Assembly: GCA_904063045.1 (NCBI GenBank)
Contig: CAJFCJ010000001.1
Span: forward strand, 558,001 to 622,000
Origin: Dimorphilus gyrociliatus
Lineage: Eukaryota > Animalia > Annelida
Reading direction: 5' to 3'
Length of the DNA: 64,000 bases
Shown piece after piece: positions 44,201 to 56,106 of the stretch. The translations under genes and the position numbers were made by a program. A model generated the notes under the pieces. That model searched no databases. It was not told the DNA's origin and saw nothing but the letters and a program-made list of their open reading frames with translations. Positions within the stretch are counted from its first letter, which is position 1, and the number at the start of each line of letters is the position of its first letter.

Positions 44201-47200
44201 GTACTATATCAGAATTATTCTTAGCCAAATGAGATAGAACTTGTAATACTGCATCATAAGAATTTAAAGCATTTTGAACTCCTTCAATCTTCTTTAATAT
44301 TTTTGAAAAAGATTTTGGATCAGTTAACCAATCACCCGGTAATTTTACAATTTCATTATGAATTAAAGCTCTCAATAATTGAAGACATTTGATATCCAAA
44401 CTCTCTTGTTCGATTCTTTCTAATTCCGATGTTGGAAGACTCGACGCGGAAATTCTATATAAAATAAAGGTACTAATATCTACTGTACATACACGCATAT
44501 TGTAATATATCGTTCATTCAAAAGTGATAAATTTGTTAATGTGAATGTGATACATTGTTTGCTAAAGCTTTAACTATTCGTACCTTGGAGATAAATCCGA
44601 TAATCTATATATATTTATATACTGTATAAGATATACCATATAAATATTTGATATGTTATAATATATAAATCTTCTAATGGACAAAGGCCATAAAATTTTG
44701 AAAGAAATACATTTTAGAGAGAATTTTTTGCTATTAGGGATAAATAGCCTCTAATATTGTTTCTCTCTGATCTATCATATATGTCAACCCTTTTCCTAAT
44801 ACTAATAAAGAAAAAGAGTGCTAAATTTTCCTTTATAGTTCACTTTCTAATTAAAAAGAGCATAGTAGTCTTTTCTGGTTTATAAATAAATAATTAATTA
44901 TTTAACTCACTCTAGCTGCTGAACGAGCTTTTTGGCTAAATCATAGCGCTTTACAGCATCCTTCTCTCTTTCGTCAATAAATATTCGCAAATGATCTTGA
45001 AATTCTTGACCGAGTGGTAATTTTTCATCACCCATTGGATCGAAGTATTCTTCGTCGATGGCATAGCCAGTTTGAGCCCTTACCGAGTTTTCTCCTCCGT
45101 ATATTACAGCAAAATTATTAGCAAATATGTTTAACAGGACGTTTATTTCCTCTTCCTTCTCGTAATCTTCGTCGTACTTCTTCCTACTATCCGATTTAAG
45201 ATCTTGAACGAGTCCTGCTCGATTGAATTTCTCTTGAAATTCTTCCATCACCTTTACTGGTAAAGTTGATTGACTAAGAACAGATGTCATACAAGAGGTG
45301 AGATTGTTCATATGCGTAGCATTTGATATCGACTCTCCAACAGCATTCGTAAATTTTGTCAATGAATTCGCCAATTCGTCCAACATATCTGCTTCGCTAG
45401 CGTAGTTTTCAGCATCAGGTTGATAATGTGTTCGAAAGAACACCTGTAAAAATGGTAGGACGGCATCAAAAGCAAAATGTAAATTTCCATGAAACGATGT
45501 CATCTTTTTTGAGTCCATACCACTACTCATAGCATCGTTTAATTCTTCGGCGTTGCCCAATGATATAATATTCGATTTTTGGGTACTAATAAGAAAATCA
45601 AATGTGATTTCAATGTATAATAAATAGATAGAGACTATATAAAAAAAAAAACTAACGTTTTACTGGGTGCTTTCTTTAACAACGATTTAGTAAGATCAGG
45701 ATTACTCTCTGCTATCTCAGCTAGAGATATAAAATTCAGGGTTAGAGTTTTAATGAATTTCCACATTGATCTAAAATGTTAATAAGATTATTAATATTAT
45801 TTAATAATAGATATTTGACCAATCATTCTTACTCGAGGTGACCAACTTCTCCAGATTGACCGTCAACCACAACTCCTCCTGCTGTATTCAAATAAACCCA
45901 TAAGAAAAATCTTAAATATGGTCTTTTCTTTATATTATCTATATCCGAACTATTCAAAATATCCATTAATTCTGAAATAGTAAAAATCGTCTGGCATTGC
46001 GATTCAATTGACTGATTTTCGCCTTCGGCACATGTAGCTAAAAGATCGACCATGGATGCAAGATATTCAACCTCCTTCCCTGAACTGGTGAGTAACTTTT
46101 TTCTATTCTCGGCTGGTTGATCAACAATATAGGCAACCTCGGATCGATATTGCATGAAATATTTCATTACATAAGATTGATTACGTTTCAAAGGCAAATT
46201 CAATTCTTCTACTTTTACAACAGCGTTTAATAGATCCAAAAATTGAGGAGAGTTCGCCTTATGTTTAGCGACAATAGACATGATCTTTTGAATTTGATAA
46301 GATAAGATTTTCATACAATTAGTCTTGTTTCCTGTAAAAACTTCAACTAATGCGTCGGCCAATTGCGGTTCTGCACCTTCAATTTCCAAGAGTTTGTCAA
46401 GACGATCGAATAGTCTTTGTTGTACTGTTGCATTTCCCCTAGCTAAGGATTTTAGGAGAACAAAACTATTCTCAAAAATCTGCTTAATTCCAGAATATTG
46501 CTCCATTAATTTTGCATCAATTTGCTGTGCAAAAATTGAAAATACGTCCGATAGAATTCCATGATTATATAATATTGTTTGATTCATCGGATGAGGTTCT
46601 TCCGGTTCGTTATCTAAAGAGCAAAATTCTATCAGCTTATTTAGAATAATATTCATTTCTGTAGTCTGTTCAACTGTCATTTTAGAAGCTGTAAGTCTTC
46701 TCATTACTGGCAATAACTGGTTGACATTTTTTAAAATTTGGCAAGAATGTTCATTGATGAGAATTTGAGCTTGAACTGCTCTTTTGAATAAATTATCATG
46801 GCCTGAGAAATATCGATTAATTAAAGACATGGAACCAACAACCATAGGGTCGTAATTGTATAAGGATAAATCTTTAAACAGTTCAATTACATCAATCCCG
46901 AGTCCTTTAAAAAAGGAAGATTCGTTGAAAAGATCTTTAAGTCGTCTCAGTGCCGAATGATTCGTTCTACAAAAAGAGAGGAAATGTTATTAATTGAAAA
47001 TTAATTACTGCTGTACTAAATCAATTAACGTACCCTGAATTCTCTAAAAAGTCATAATTTTCGTACAAAAGTTGTCCAAGTTCTGGATTAGAATCAGGCT
47101 TATTCGCTTCAGTATAAACTATTTTGAATTCTCTAACAAATCTCTGTGAAACAGTTTATAACAATTAGTTAAATATTATTGATTCAAGTACATGATTAAC

Positions 47201-50200
47201 TAACTTTAAGTCTCAAATTGAATTGATAATTAAAGAAGAGATCGAGTACTTTTATTGCTTGTACTTTAGCATCGGCAATTGCTTTAGATTCAGGACTCTG
47301 CTTATATCTTAAATCATTACGGTAACGTTTCATCACTTCATTTGGAATACTTCCTCCGGCGGGAATTTCATATGGTTTATCATTTCGTCCATCCAATAGG
47401 TTTAGGAAGGGAGTCAATAGAGCTTTGACGTCCTCTCTTTTCTTATAATATCCAAATCTAACGAGATAGTGTACCAATCTCATAACTTGTTCAATTAAGA
47501 TATTATGTCCTATCAAGGAAGCGGTCATATCTTGGTTCCTATCAAAAAACTTTGACAACCAATTGTGTAGCTGTTCAAAATGTTCAGTTCCACTTGTAGG
47601 CAGGTCTTCTTCACTCAATACGTCATCATCATCCAAATCGTCATAAACGTACGTTAAATTAATTCTATCTAGTAGAGAAACATTTTTACCAACATCGATA
47701 AATAAGGCTATAATTAAATGGCAATATTTGGCTCTTAATTGATCAGGTAATTCTTCGTTACTAAGGCAAAGATAGGCTTCTTCCCACGTTAAATAGTTTA
47801 ACTCTTCAGTAATAATTTTCATCGGAAATTCATTCCTACCGTAACATAATTTTCCGAAAAGATCTAACTGATGTTCGAGGAATAGTATATCTTCATCGTT
47901 TTTATGAATTTCAACAAATTCTACCAAAGGAGTCCAAGTTCTCTGTTTATTTGCCGATACGTAAACAACATTCGAATCCTTTCCAATCTTTTGTCCTAAA
48001 TCTGTGTAAAATACACAATTTTTATCGCCTTCCATCAACCATCTTTTAGTTATATGATTTTGATTGTCGGGAATAGAAACGCCGTCACATACGCATAAGA
48101 CACTTAGCAAATCCAAATAACGATAATTCTTATTCTTCTTTAATAAGGAAACAAATTGATCAATATGAGTAATAGTAATACGATCAACAATCTTTCTGTT
48201 ATCCTTAATCAATTCCATAACCATGTGAGCGGCATTTAATCCTAATGAAAATGATAAAGAAATAATCAATGAGAGAAGTAATTATAAAGAAATCAATTGA
48301 CTTACCAACAGGTCCTTCAAACGAAATTTGACTTTCGAAGAAAGATATATGTTTAGCTATATATAGCTCATTTTTTCTACTATTTCCCATTAAATAGGTA
48401 TACAAAAGATCGTAACATTCAACAAACACCTTAATCAAAAATCTCTGATCGCTTGATCCTCTACATGGAAGTTGTAACAAGTTGACGAGTAGTTCAACAA
48501 TTCTTAAATTTCGCATTAGCTTTTGCCTATTCTTATCAGGTTCGGAATTAACAATCATAAACTTTTTAAGCTCATCCAAAGTTGCAACCATTTCTTGACT
48601 ATCTTTCAAAGTTATATTCACTCCCGCCTTTTTCTATATTTAAATATATATATATATATATGTCTATATGCTAATAAAACCGAACATAGAAATCTTTACA
48701 TTCAATTTATTACAATAAGACCGATATATTATTACTATTTCATTATTTGTTTAATCTCATTGCCTAGAGAATTATAGTCATGAATAGCGGGTGAACTAAA
48801 AACGTGTCGTTTTAGGGATTACCCTTGTTTTGGTATGATATTTTATATTATGCGTTTGAATTTTGTTAACTAGTTAAAAAATTAAACTTTTCAATTGGTT
48901 ACTAATAAAAGATGCTTACATTTTCAATCAATTTCTGTATACAAGGCACCATTCCAGCCACAAAGTAAAAGTTATGACAGTGCTCATCTTCAACCTTTTG
49001 TAGTGTAAATGCATCATCGTACTGCATTTCGTTAATCGCTTCAATATGATTTAATTTTGCAGTTGTCCATTTTAAGCTAGCCATTGACGTTCCATCAGCA
49101 TCGCTACCAACATTCTTTTTTCTCTTATATTCATCTAAAGCAAAAAAAAATTCTTTTACTTTCTTTTTAAGTATTTTAGACAAACTTGTTAACTTTACCT
49201 TGGCCTGCGTGTAGCCAATGACCGCTTACTACGTGTTCTATTCTGCAATAAGTTTCGTATTGAATATTGTCTTGTTCCTGTTTTGAAAATATAAAATACT
49301 TGTGAAAAGTTTGTATATAAAATTAAATATTTAGTAATAAAGCTTAAGCTGAAACATAACAATGAAACAAATAGTATAGATACAACTATCATTTTTAGTT
49401 AACGTTTTGAATAATATATCTTTTAATTAATTAATATTTAGTAATAACTGAACAATAAGGGAAGAAATTAAAATATAAGCTATTATTAGTTAAGATAAAA
49501 TTAAACTTATATCTTTAACATGCAGTTTAACTACACAAAGATTTGTATAAAAGGGAGGATAGGAAACGTATAATGCTTAAATTAAATTAAGTCAGTTTTT
49601 TTTTAACCAACAAAACAAACTAAATGATACAATTTCTATTTTGCTATAAAACCTTTCAATTAACACGAATAATTACAGAAAAAAAAAGCATCAAGGATTA
49701 GAAGATCACATCAATTACCAGAACTCCGTCATCAGTTTTCTCCTGTTGGTGTAAAAGTCGTCCAATAAAAGAAAAAAAAAAAAAAAAAGAATAATATTTA
49801 AGAGAAATATTAAGAAATTATTAATGTGAATATTTAAAAAAAAAATCTATAATAGCTATATATGAATAATGAAAATGTAGATATTCTATAGCTATTATCC
49901 GTGCATAAAAAATAGTCTATTGGTAAGATTATATAGAGATATCTCTTAATTTCAGTTTGTTATAGTCACAATACATATATGTATATATATATATATATGT
50001 ATATACTGTATATATTTACATATTTTTATCAGAATGATATCTTTGAATAATTTAAAATTAATGACATTTTTAAAAAAACTAACCAACATAACTGCGTGTA
50101 GTCTAAATACTGTTTTTGGATCTTCGGAATTATTTGTTAGAGATACTTTCTTTTGATCGACTTTTAAATAAGATCTTGTACACATATGCTTTATTCGACA

Positions 50201-51201
50201 TTGTTGCTCCCATTTAATTATTGAACCATCAATACAACCGGATATCAATTCTATTTGCCAATAGTTTATTGCCGATGATGAAGGAAATAGGGTTTTTGGA
50301 TTATTCTGATCAACCGGTCTTATTCGAAGATGAACTGAAAAATAGGCCAGACAATTGCTAAGTTATATACTTAAGAATAATTCAATATTTTACCATCTTC
50401 GCTTATTTCATCATTGAAAAGTCCTTCAGCACACAGGTAAGCCTCTATTTCCTTGTGAAATAATCTAACTGGTTCTCCAGCTTTTAGATACGCTAAATCC
50501 GTATCTTTCTTACCAGGCTTATACCTTCTCAATATCCTAAATCCTGATTGTCGAACTGATAGATTTAATTCCAAACATTCCTTGTAAACCGATTTCGATG
50601 GTAATTTAGATTTGCTAACGTGAAGGAATTGACCAGGTGACTTGATTGATTCAAGGACTATTTGATCTTCAACTTGAACTATATCGCCTTCAGCTTTCAC
50701 CTTATATCTGGGCATTATTCTGAAGTGAGCATTCTTTGCATTAAATGGTGAGAGGAAAACTTGCATGCTCCCTGATTCCGTTGTTGACGTTGTCTTTGTG
50801 CTCACATGAAGATATTTTTGAGTGAACACGTGCTTCAATTGAATCATTTGACCATACAGAACTTTTCTACCAAACTGCCTTTTTTCTTCATTTGTGTTGT
50901 CCTCATTTTCAGCCTCGGCTGCCAATTGAAGTTGAGCCAATTTTGCTTTGGAATCGACATCAGAGAGACGATCATTCGCTTGCGCCGTTCTATACTTTTT
51001 GTTGAACTTATAACGATTAACTATACATAACTCGAAAGCGATGCTATTAGGGTCGGCGACCTTGGGTTTCTGCCTCGAGTCGTGGGATCTTACGCCAACA
51101 TCGGTGTGGATCGAACTCGATAAATAAGAAAAGACGTAACCAGAAGACTCTTCAGAGAAAAGGCAAACATGGTCTCCAATACAAAGAGTTTCTTGCGCCA
51201 T
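41253..51201 (-). CDS. Divergent IP3-receptor-superfamily Ca2+-release channel (roughly 2500 aa)
   Basis: About 15 exons with consistent phases. Suppressor/beta-trefoil start (LCIGDHVCLF..), MIR (KHMCTRSYL), RQKLMR, RIH and RIH-associated regions, LNTLVEF (Ca-sensor Glu), six-TM region, gate helix LNIIFGIIVDTFSELRD, Zn finger CFICS..H..KEHN. Stop TGA at 41253-41255. It is too divergent for me to call it the ITPR1 ortholog. Confidence 0.92.
43719..43845 (-). repeat. Coding 15-bp tandem repeat encoding x-M-G-S-R pentapeptides inside the IP3R-like gene
   Basis: ...RMGSRMMLGSRIMGSRAMGSRMLGSRMMGSRTMGSRTMGSRTF...; plus-strand unit approximately CTACCCATCGTTCTA. Confidence 0.95.
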
Positions 51202-51901
51202 TCCTTAAACAAAACTGGCGCAAATTGTTAAGTTTGTTGCACTATTGTTAAGCGTTGCTAAGATATTATATACAAGCGTAGAACTCTCCACTAAAGTTAT
51301 AAGCCTACAAACCACAAAGAAATCTCAGATTCTAGTCGATAATCTTTTATACTCAATAAATATTTAAAAGAAGAAAATATAAAGTGAGAAGAAATTAGAC
51401 AGACTTTCAAAAGAGTGTGAAAAATACATAAAAATTCATATTGTTCATTAAATTACTGTTTTATTCATTAATAATTCAATAAATAAATAAATAACCTATT
51501 AAATAACAAACTTTAATATTTTGTTGAAATATATCAAAAATAACGATCTCTTCTTTCTCATTCTCTCTCTCTCTCTCTCACCTTTTCTCTCACTATGTCT
51601 GTATGTGTGTATGAGTGTATGTGCGTGTTTTTTGTGAAATATCGTACTAATACTGTACCGAATGATTGGTAAAAGCTCTAGAAAACAAGATATAAACAAC
51701 TATCCCATTGCCAAGTAACCGATTTAATATAAATAATAATAAAGAAAAATAAAATTATCAATAGAAGCCGTTTCTATACGTGATTTTCTCTTTGAACTAA
51801 ATCGATATTTCTTATTTTGAAGAGATAGAAAAGTAACAAAAATAATAATTAATCATCCATCCAAAAGAGATGTTTTTTCTATTTTTATCAGTTTCCTTCG
51901 A

Positions 51902-51925
51902 TCTCTCTCTCTCTCTCTCTCTCTT
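51902..51925. repeat. (TC)n microsatellite
   Basis: Read directly. Confidence 0.9.
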
Positions 51926-53277
51926 TCCTTTTTCTTCGGCTTTATCAGACCTTGTTAAAAATTTTATGTACATTTTACTCTATCAGTGCCACTTATCTAA
52001 ATTTACATACCTATCGTTAAATACTTTAAAAATGTTTAATATTTGAAGATTCCATATACAAATAATATAAATATTATAATATACACAAAAAACTAATACT
52101 TGGAATACATTTCTTCCCTCTTTCTTCTCCTAATTATTAAAAAGAGATTAAGTAGTTTGTAGCTAAACTATTTATAAGAAAATCAGATTTAAATGTCTAC
52201 ACATTTAACATTCTATTTTCCATCTAATAGCTGAGGGGGAAGTTCTATAAAATACAGGAGACTTTACTAAAGCTGAAGAAAGAGAGGGATAGAAGAGAAT
52301 TGGAAAGTTATTCAAAGTTGGTTTGGGAATTGAATTATATTTACATCTTGCAATTGATCGAAATGATTAGAAATTACATTAACTTAAATGTTTAATATTA
52401 TAGAATTTACTATAAAATTGTTTGTAATCTTAAAGGTAAACAACTGATTTGTAATGAATAGTTTATATTCTTATTCTAAAATCTAACGCCTGCTCTCAAA
52501 GACCTTATTGAACACCGTGGTTCATTATGATTATAGCCAAATATATATAGTGTACTTAAATAGGATATTTCATAGCGTCATGGTTTTATTTTTATTATGT
52601 AATTGCCTATTTAAGCATATTGAATGTTTCTGTTAATATTTAATAATACTACTTCAGATAGATTGAATATGTCTTTAGAAGAATGCTTTTTCATTCATTT
52701 CTAAGAGGGATCGGCAGCCAAGCCTGCGCCGAAAAAAAGCATATTATAAAAATTCTAATTCACTAGATGGCGTAGGACAACCACTGCTTAACATAGATAT
52801 ACTTGTACTTTTGCAACCAAAAACTTGTACTTATACTTTCGAATTCACCAATTGTGTTCCGTTCTCTTTTAACATTTACTCTTTTCTAAATCTATATTTA
52901 AATCCCACCACAAAGAGAATAAGGACCTGCGCAAATATCTATTTGCTAATACGAAAGTATTCAAAAGAAGGTAAAATCTGTTCATCTTTCTTCTTCCTAT
53001 TTTCCTATAATAAAACTTGTAAACTTTGAAAAATTGATCTTTAAATTTATTTATACATGTTAAAAACTTTTTCTTTCATTATTTTGGTTAAAAGATCAGT
53101 TTAACAGAAATTGTGTCTTTAGGAAAGTAAATATTTGGTCTTCCTTAAACGAAAACTTAGCCAAGTTACCCTCAAGTTTATATATACAATATACCGATTT
53201 TAAGGATTTATATCAATAAAGAACTTACCTGACTGAAGAAAAGAAAAAGGATAAAATTTCTCTTTCGTCTATTAAAA

Positions 53278-55698
53278 ATGGTTTCAATTAAATATCTACT
53301 ATTCTCTCTACTTTTTTTTCAAACATATCCGGAAGTTAGAACTACTTGTACAGCCGATATTGGTTTAATAATTGATAGTTCAGGTTCAATTAAACTACCT
53401 AATTGGATAATAATTAAGAATTTTGCTAAGAATCTAATTAGGAGATTTCACGTTGAAGGAAAAGACGGAACCAAATTTGCTGCTGCTACTTTTGCTACCA
53501 AGGCACATCAAATTTTTAATTTGAATTCTTTTCAACACGAATCTGAATATATAAAGAGTATAGATGGAATGAAATATCATAAAACAAGGACAAATACTAC
53601 AGGAGGTCTGAAGTTAATGTTAAATGAACAATTTACAATTAAAAACGGAAATAGGCCGCATGTTGATGATGTATTCATTCTGATTACGGATGGTAAGCCA
53701 ACAGAAAATGAAACTCTTTTACAAGATGTAGTTGAAAAAATTCATAAAGCCGGTATACACTTCGTAGCAGTTGGCGTCACTGAAGAAATAGATGAAGAAT
53801 TATTAAGGAGAATAGTTAGGGATCCCGACTGCAAATTACATCCGAAAAACGAATATTGTTTATTACCTGAAAATCCATATAAAAATTTCTTTATTTATGT
53901 TAAAGAATTTAATCAATTAACAGGTGTTATTGATAGAATACTTAACTCTTCTTGTAAAAACGTTGAAAAAACTACTATAAGTCCTTTCATTGAGACGACA
54001 GAAACAATACTTGAAACTTTATCTACAGAACCTCAAATAACTACAATTCCATCAGGCGAGACAACAGCAGCAATGCTTGACAAACAATCAACCTTATCAA
54101 CAGAACCCCAAATAGCTACAACTCCATTAATTGAGACAACAGAAACAATGCTTGATAAACGATCAACCTTATTAACAGAACCTCAAATGACTACAGAAAG
54201 AATTAATGGTTTCGTGTGCCCTATGGATATTGGACTAATAATTGATAATTCAAATTCTATTAAACATGCCAATACATTATTAATAGACAATTGGAAGATA
54301 ATTAAGAGCTTTTTAAAGGATTTAATATATAAATTTCATGTATCTAACAAAGACAAAGACAGTGTACGCTTTGCGGCCAACAAATTTGGAAATAGCAGTC
54401 AGACCATCTTTCAGTTAAATTCCTATCAAACAAAACAGGACTATGCAAATGCAATTGATAATATAGAATTTATTGGAGGTTTTACTAATATTGCGGGAGG
54501 TCTGTCAAAAATGTTAACAGAGCAGTTTAAAGAAGATCTAGGAAATAGACGAAACGCTGATGATGTATTCATTCTTATAACTGATGGAAAACCTAATATA
54601 GATGTTAGAAAAATACCTCACGTAGTGGAAATGATACACAAAGCTAACATACGATTAATTGCTATTGGTATTTCAAAGAATGTTAATGAAACTCAACTTA
54701 GAGAATACGTTAAAGATCCTGATTGTAGCATTACAAAACATAGTAAATATTGTCCTTCTTGGAAAAATCCTTATAGGAATTCTTATTTCAAAGTAAACGA
54801 ATTTAATAAATTGTCAACAATTATTAATGAATTAATAGCTAGTGCTTGCTTTCCAAGAGCCACTTTTACACCTTCGATATTTTTTGAACTATCCTCCACC
54901 AATCTTGACACTATGACTACTGCAACGAGAGAGCCCCACCATTGGCCTTTTAAAAGTGAGTTATGCCTAGCAGATATAGGCCTTATTATAGATAATTTTC
55001 CATCTATTAATGAAGTGGAGGAACAAAAAATGAAAGAATTCTTGATCGAGTTAATAAGCAATTTCTACGTAACAGGAGATAGAGGAACTCGCTTTGCAGC
55101 CAATGGAATAGCAACTACAAATAATCAGGCGACCTTTCAGTTGAATTCTTATAAAACAATAAACGAATATAATCTAGCAATTAATCATTTAAATTTTACG
55201 AATAGTAATGAAAATTTAACAGTATTTGATAGTTTAAACATTATGTTTAATCAACAATTTACCGCAAAAAACGGCAATAGAGAGCAAGTTAAAGATGTTT
55301 ACATGATAATAACTAATGGAAATTTTATTCCTAACACTCAGATGATTCCTAACATTCTGAAAAAGATATATAACACAACTGTTCAACTAATAGGAATTGG
55401 AATTAAAGACTCTATCAAAGGTAACCTACTCAGAGAATACGTTAGGGATCCGGATTGTAATCTCTATCCAAAACACTTCTATTGTCAATCATCCAAAAAT
55501 ATTTATGAATATTCATATTTCTATGTAAATGATTTTAATCAACTCAATGGTATTATAAGGACTTTAGTAAAACGAATTTGTAAGGATATTAAAAGGGAAT
55601 CGGACATTCTAAATAGTTTGGCAATACGAAATGGAATTCATATATTAACCATCATTTGCTTAATCATACTCCAAACGACTTCATATATATTTATTTGA
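53278..55698 (+). CDS. Triple-VWA cell-surface protein, probably GPI-anchored; same family as the first VWA domain of paralogs A/B
   Basis: Intronless 806-aa ORF: signal peptide, three C.ADIGLIID-type VWA domains each with the DPDC-x7-YC insert, a Thr-rich repeat linker and a hydrophobic C-terminus (NSLAIRNGIHILTIICLIILQTTSYIFI). Confidence 0.9.
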   Translation: MVSIKYLLFSLLFFQTYPEVRTTCTADIGLIIDSSGSIKLPNWIIIKNFAKNLIRRFHVEGKDGTKFAAATFATKAHQIFNLNSFQHESEYIKSIDGMKYHKTRTNTTGGLKLMLNEQFTIKNGNRPHVDDVFILITDGKPTENETLLQDVVEKIHKAGIHFVAVGVTEEIDEELLRRIVRDPDCKLHPKNEYCLLPENPYKNFFIYVKEFNQLTGVIDRILNSSCKNVEKTTISPFIETTETILETLSTEPQITTIPSGETTAAMLDKQSTLSTEPQIATTPLIETTETMLDKRSTLLTEPQMTTERINGFVCPMDIGLIIDNSNSIKHANTLLIDNWKIIKSFLKDLIYKFHVSNKDKDSVRFAANKFGNSSQTIFQLNSYQTKQDYANAIDNIEFIGGFTNIAGGLSKMLTEQFKEDLGNRRNADDVFILITDGKPNIDVRKIPHVVEMIHKANIRLIAIGISKNVNETQLREYVKDPDCSITKHSKYCPSWKNPYRNSYFKVNEFNKLSTIINELIASACFPRATFTPSIFFELSSTNLDTMTTATREPHHWPFKSELCLADIGLIIDNFPSINEVEEQKMKEFLIELISNFYVTGDRGTRFAANGIATTNNQATFQLNSYKTINEYNLAINHLNFTNSNENLTVFDSLNIMFNQQFTAKNGNREQVKDVYMIITNGNFIPNTQMIPNILKKIYNTTVQLIGIGIKDSIKGNLLREYVRDPDCNLYPKHFYCQSSKNIYEYSYFYVNDFNQLNGIIRTLVKRICKDIKRESDILNSLAIRNGIHILTIICLIILQTTSYIFI
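53992..54198 (+). repeat. Coding tandem repeat, about 3 units of 66-75 bp (ETT..ML..STLSTEPQ.TT), mucin-like
   Basis: Units start at 53992, 54058 and 54133. Confidence 0.9.
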
Positions 55699-56106
55699 CC
55701 TATTGTCCTTCAACTATGAAATATTATAATATTATGAAATATAATCGCAATTACTCAATAAATTCCTTTCTGATAAATGTCATTAATGATAAATATTTAT
55801 AGTTGACGCTATTTCTCCTCTTCTCTTGAATAAAATTTTGCCTGTAAACGTATATTTTTTCTTTTATTTAAATTATTACATGGTTAATATGGTTGGAAAG
55901 TTAATAAATAATATATTTTGAACAAAATAAATATTTGTCTTACGCTAGTGACGTCGGAAAGATAAATTCCTTTGATTTCACACGAACTTCGCAATAACTC
56001 TTCGAGTCTTTCTCATTTTGTCACGTACGTATATATGAAGTTTATAATTTAAATTATAATTGAATATACAACTGCAAATTTCATTCAGTTGGGAATAAGC
56101 AACGAG

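Noticed and set aside
53223-53230. Perfect minus-strand donor (AG|GTAAGT) about 50 bp upstream of the triple-VWA ATG, possibly an IP3R-like 5'-UTR exon
   Set aside because: A single 8-mer with no supporting exon or promoter evidence; testable only with 5' cDNA data.
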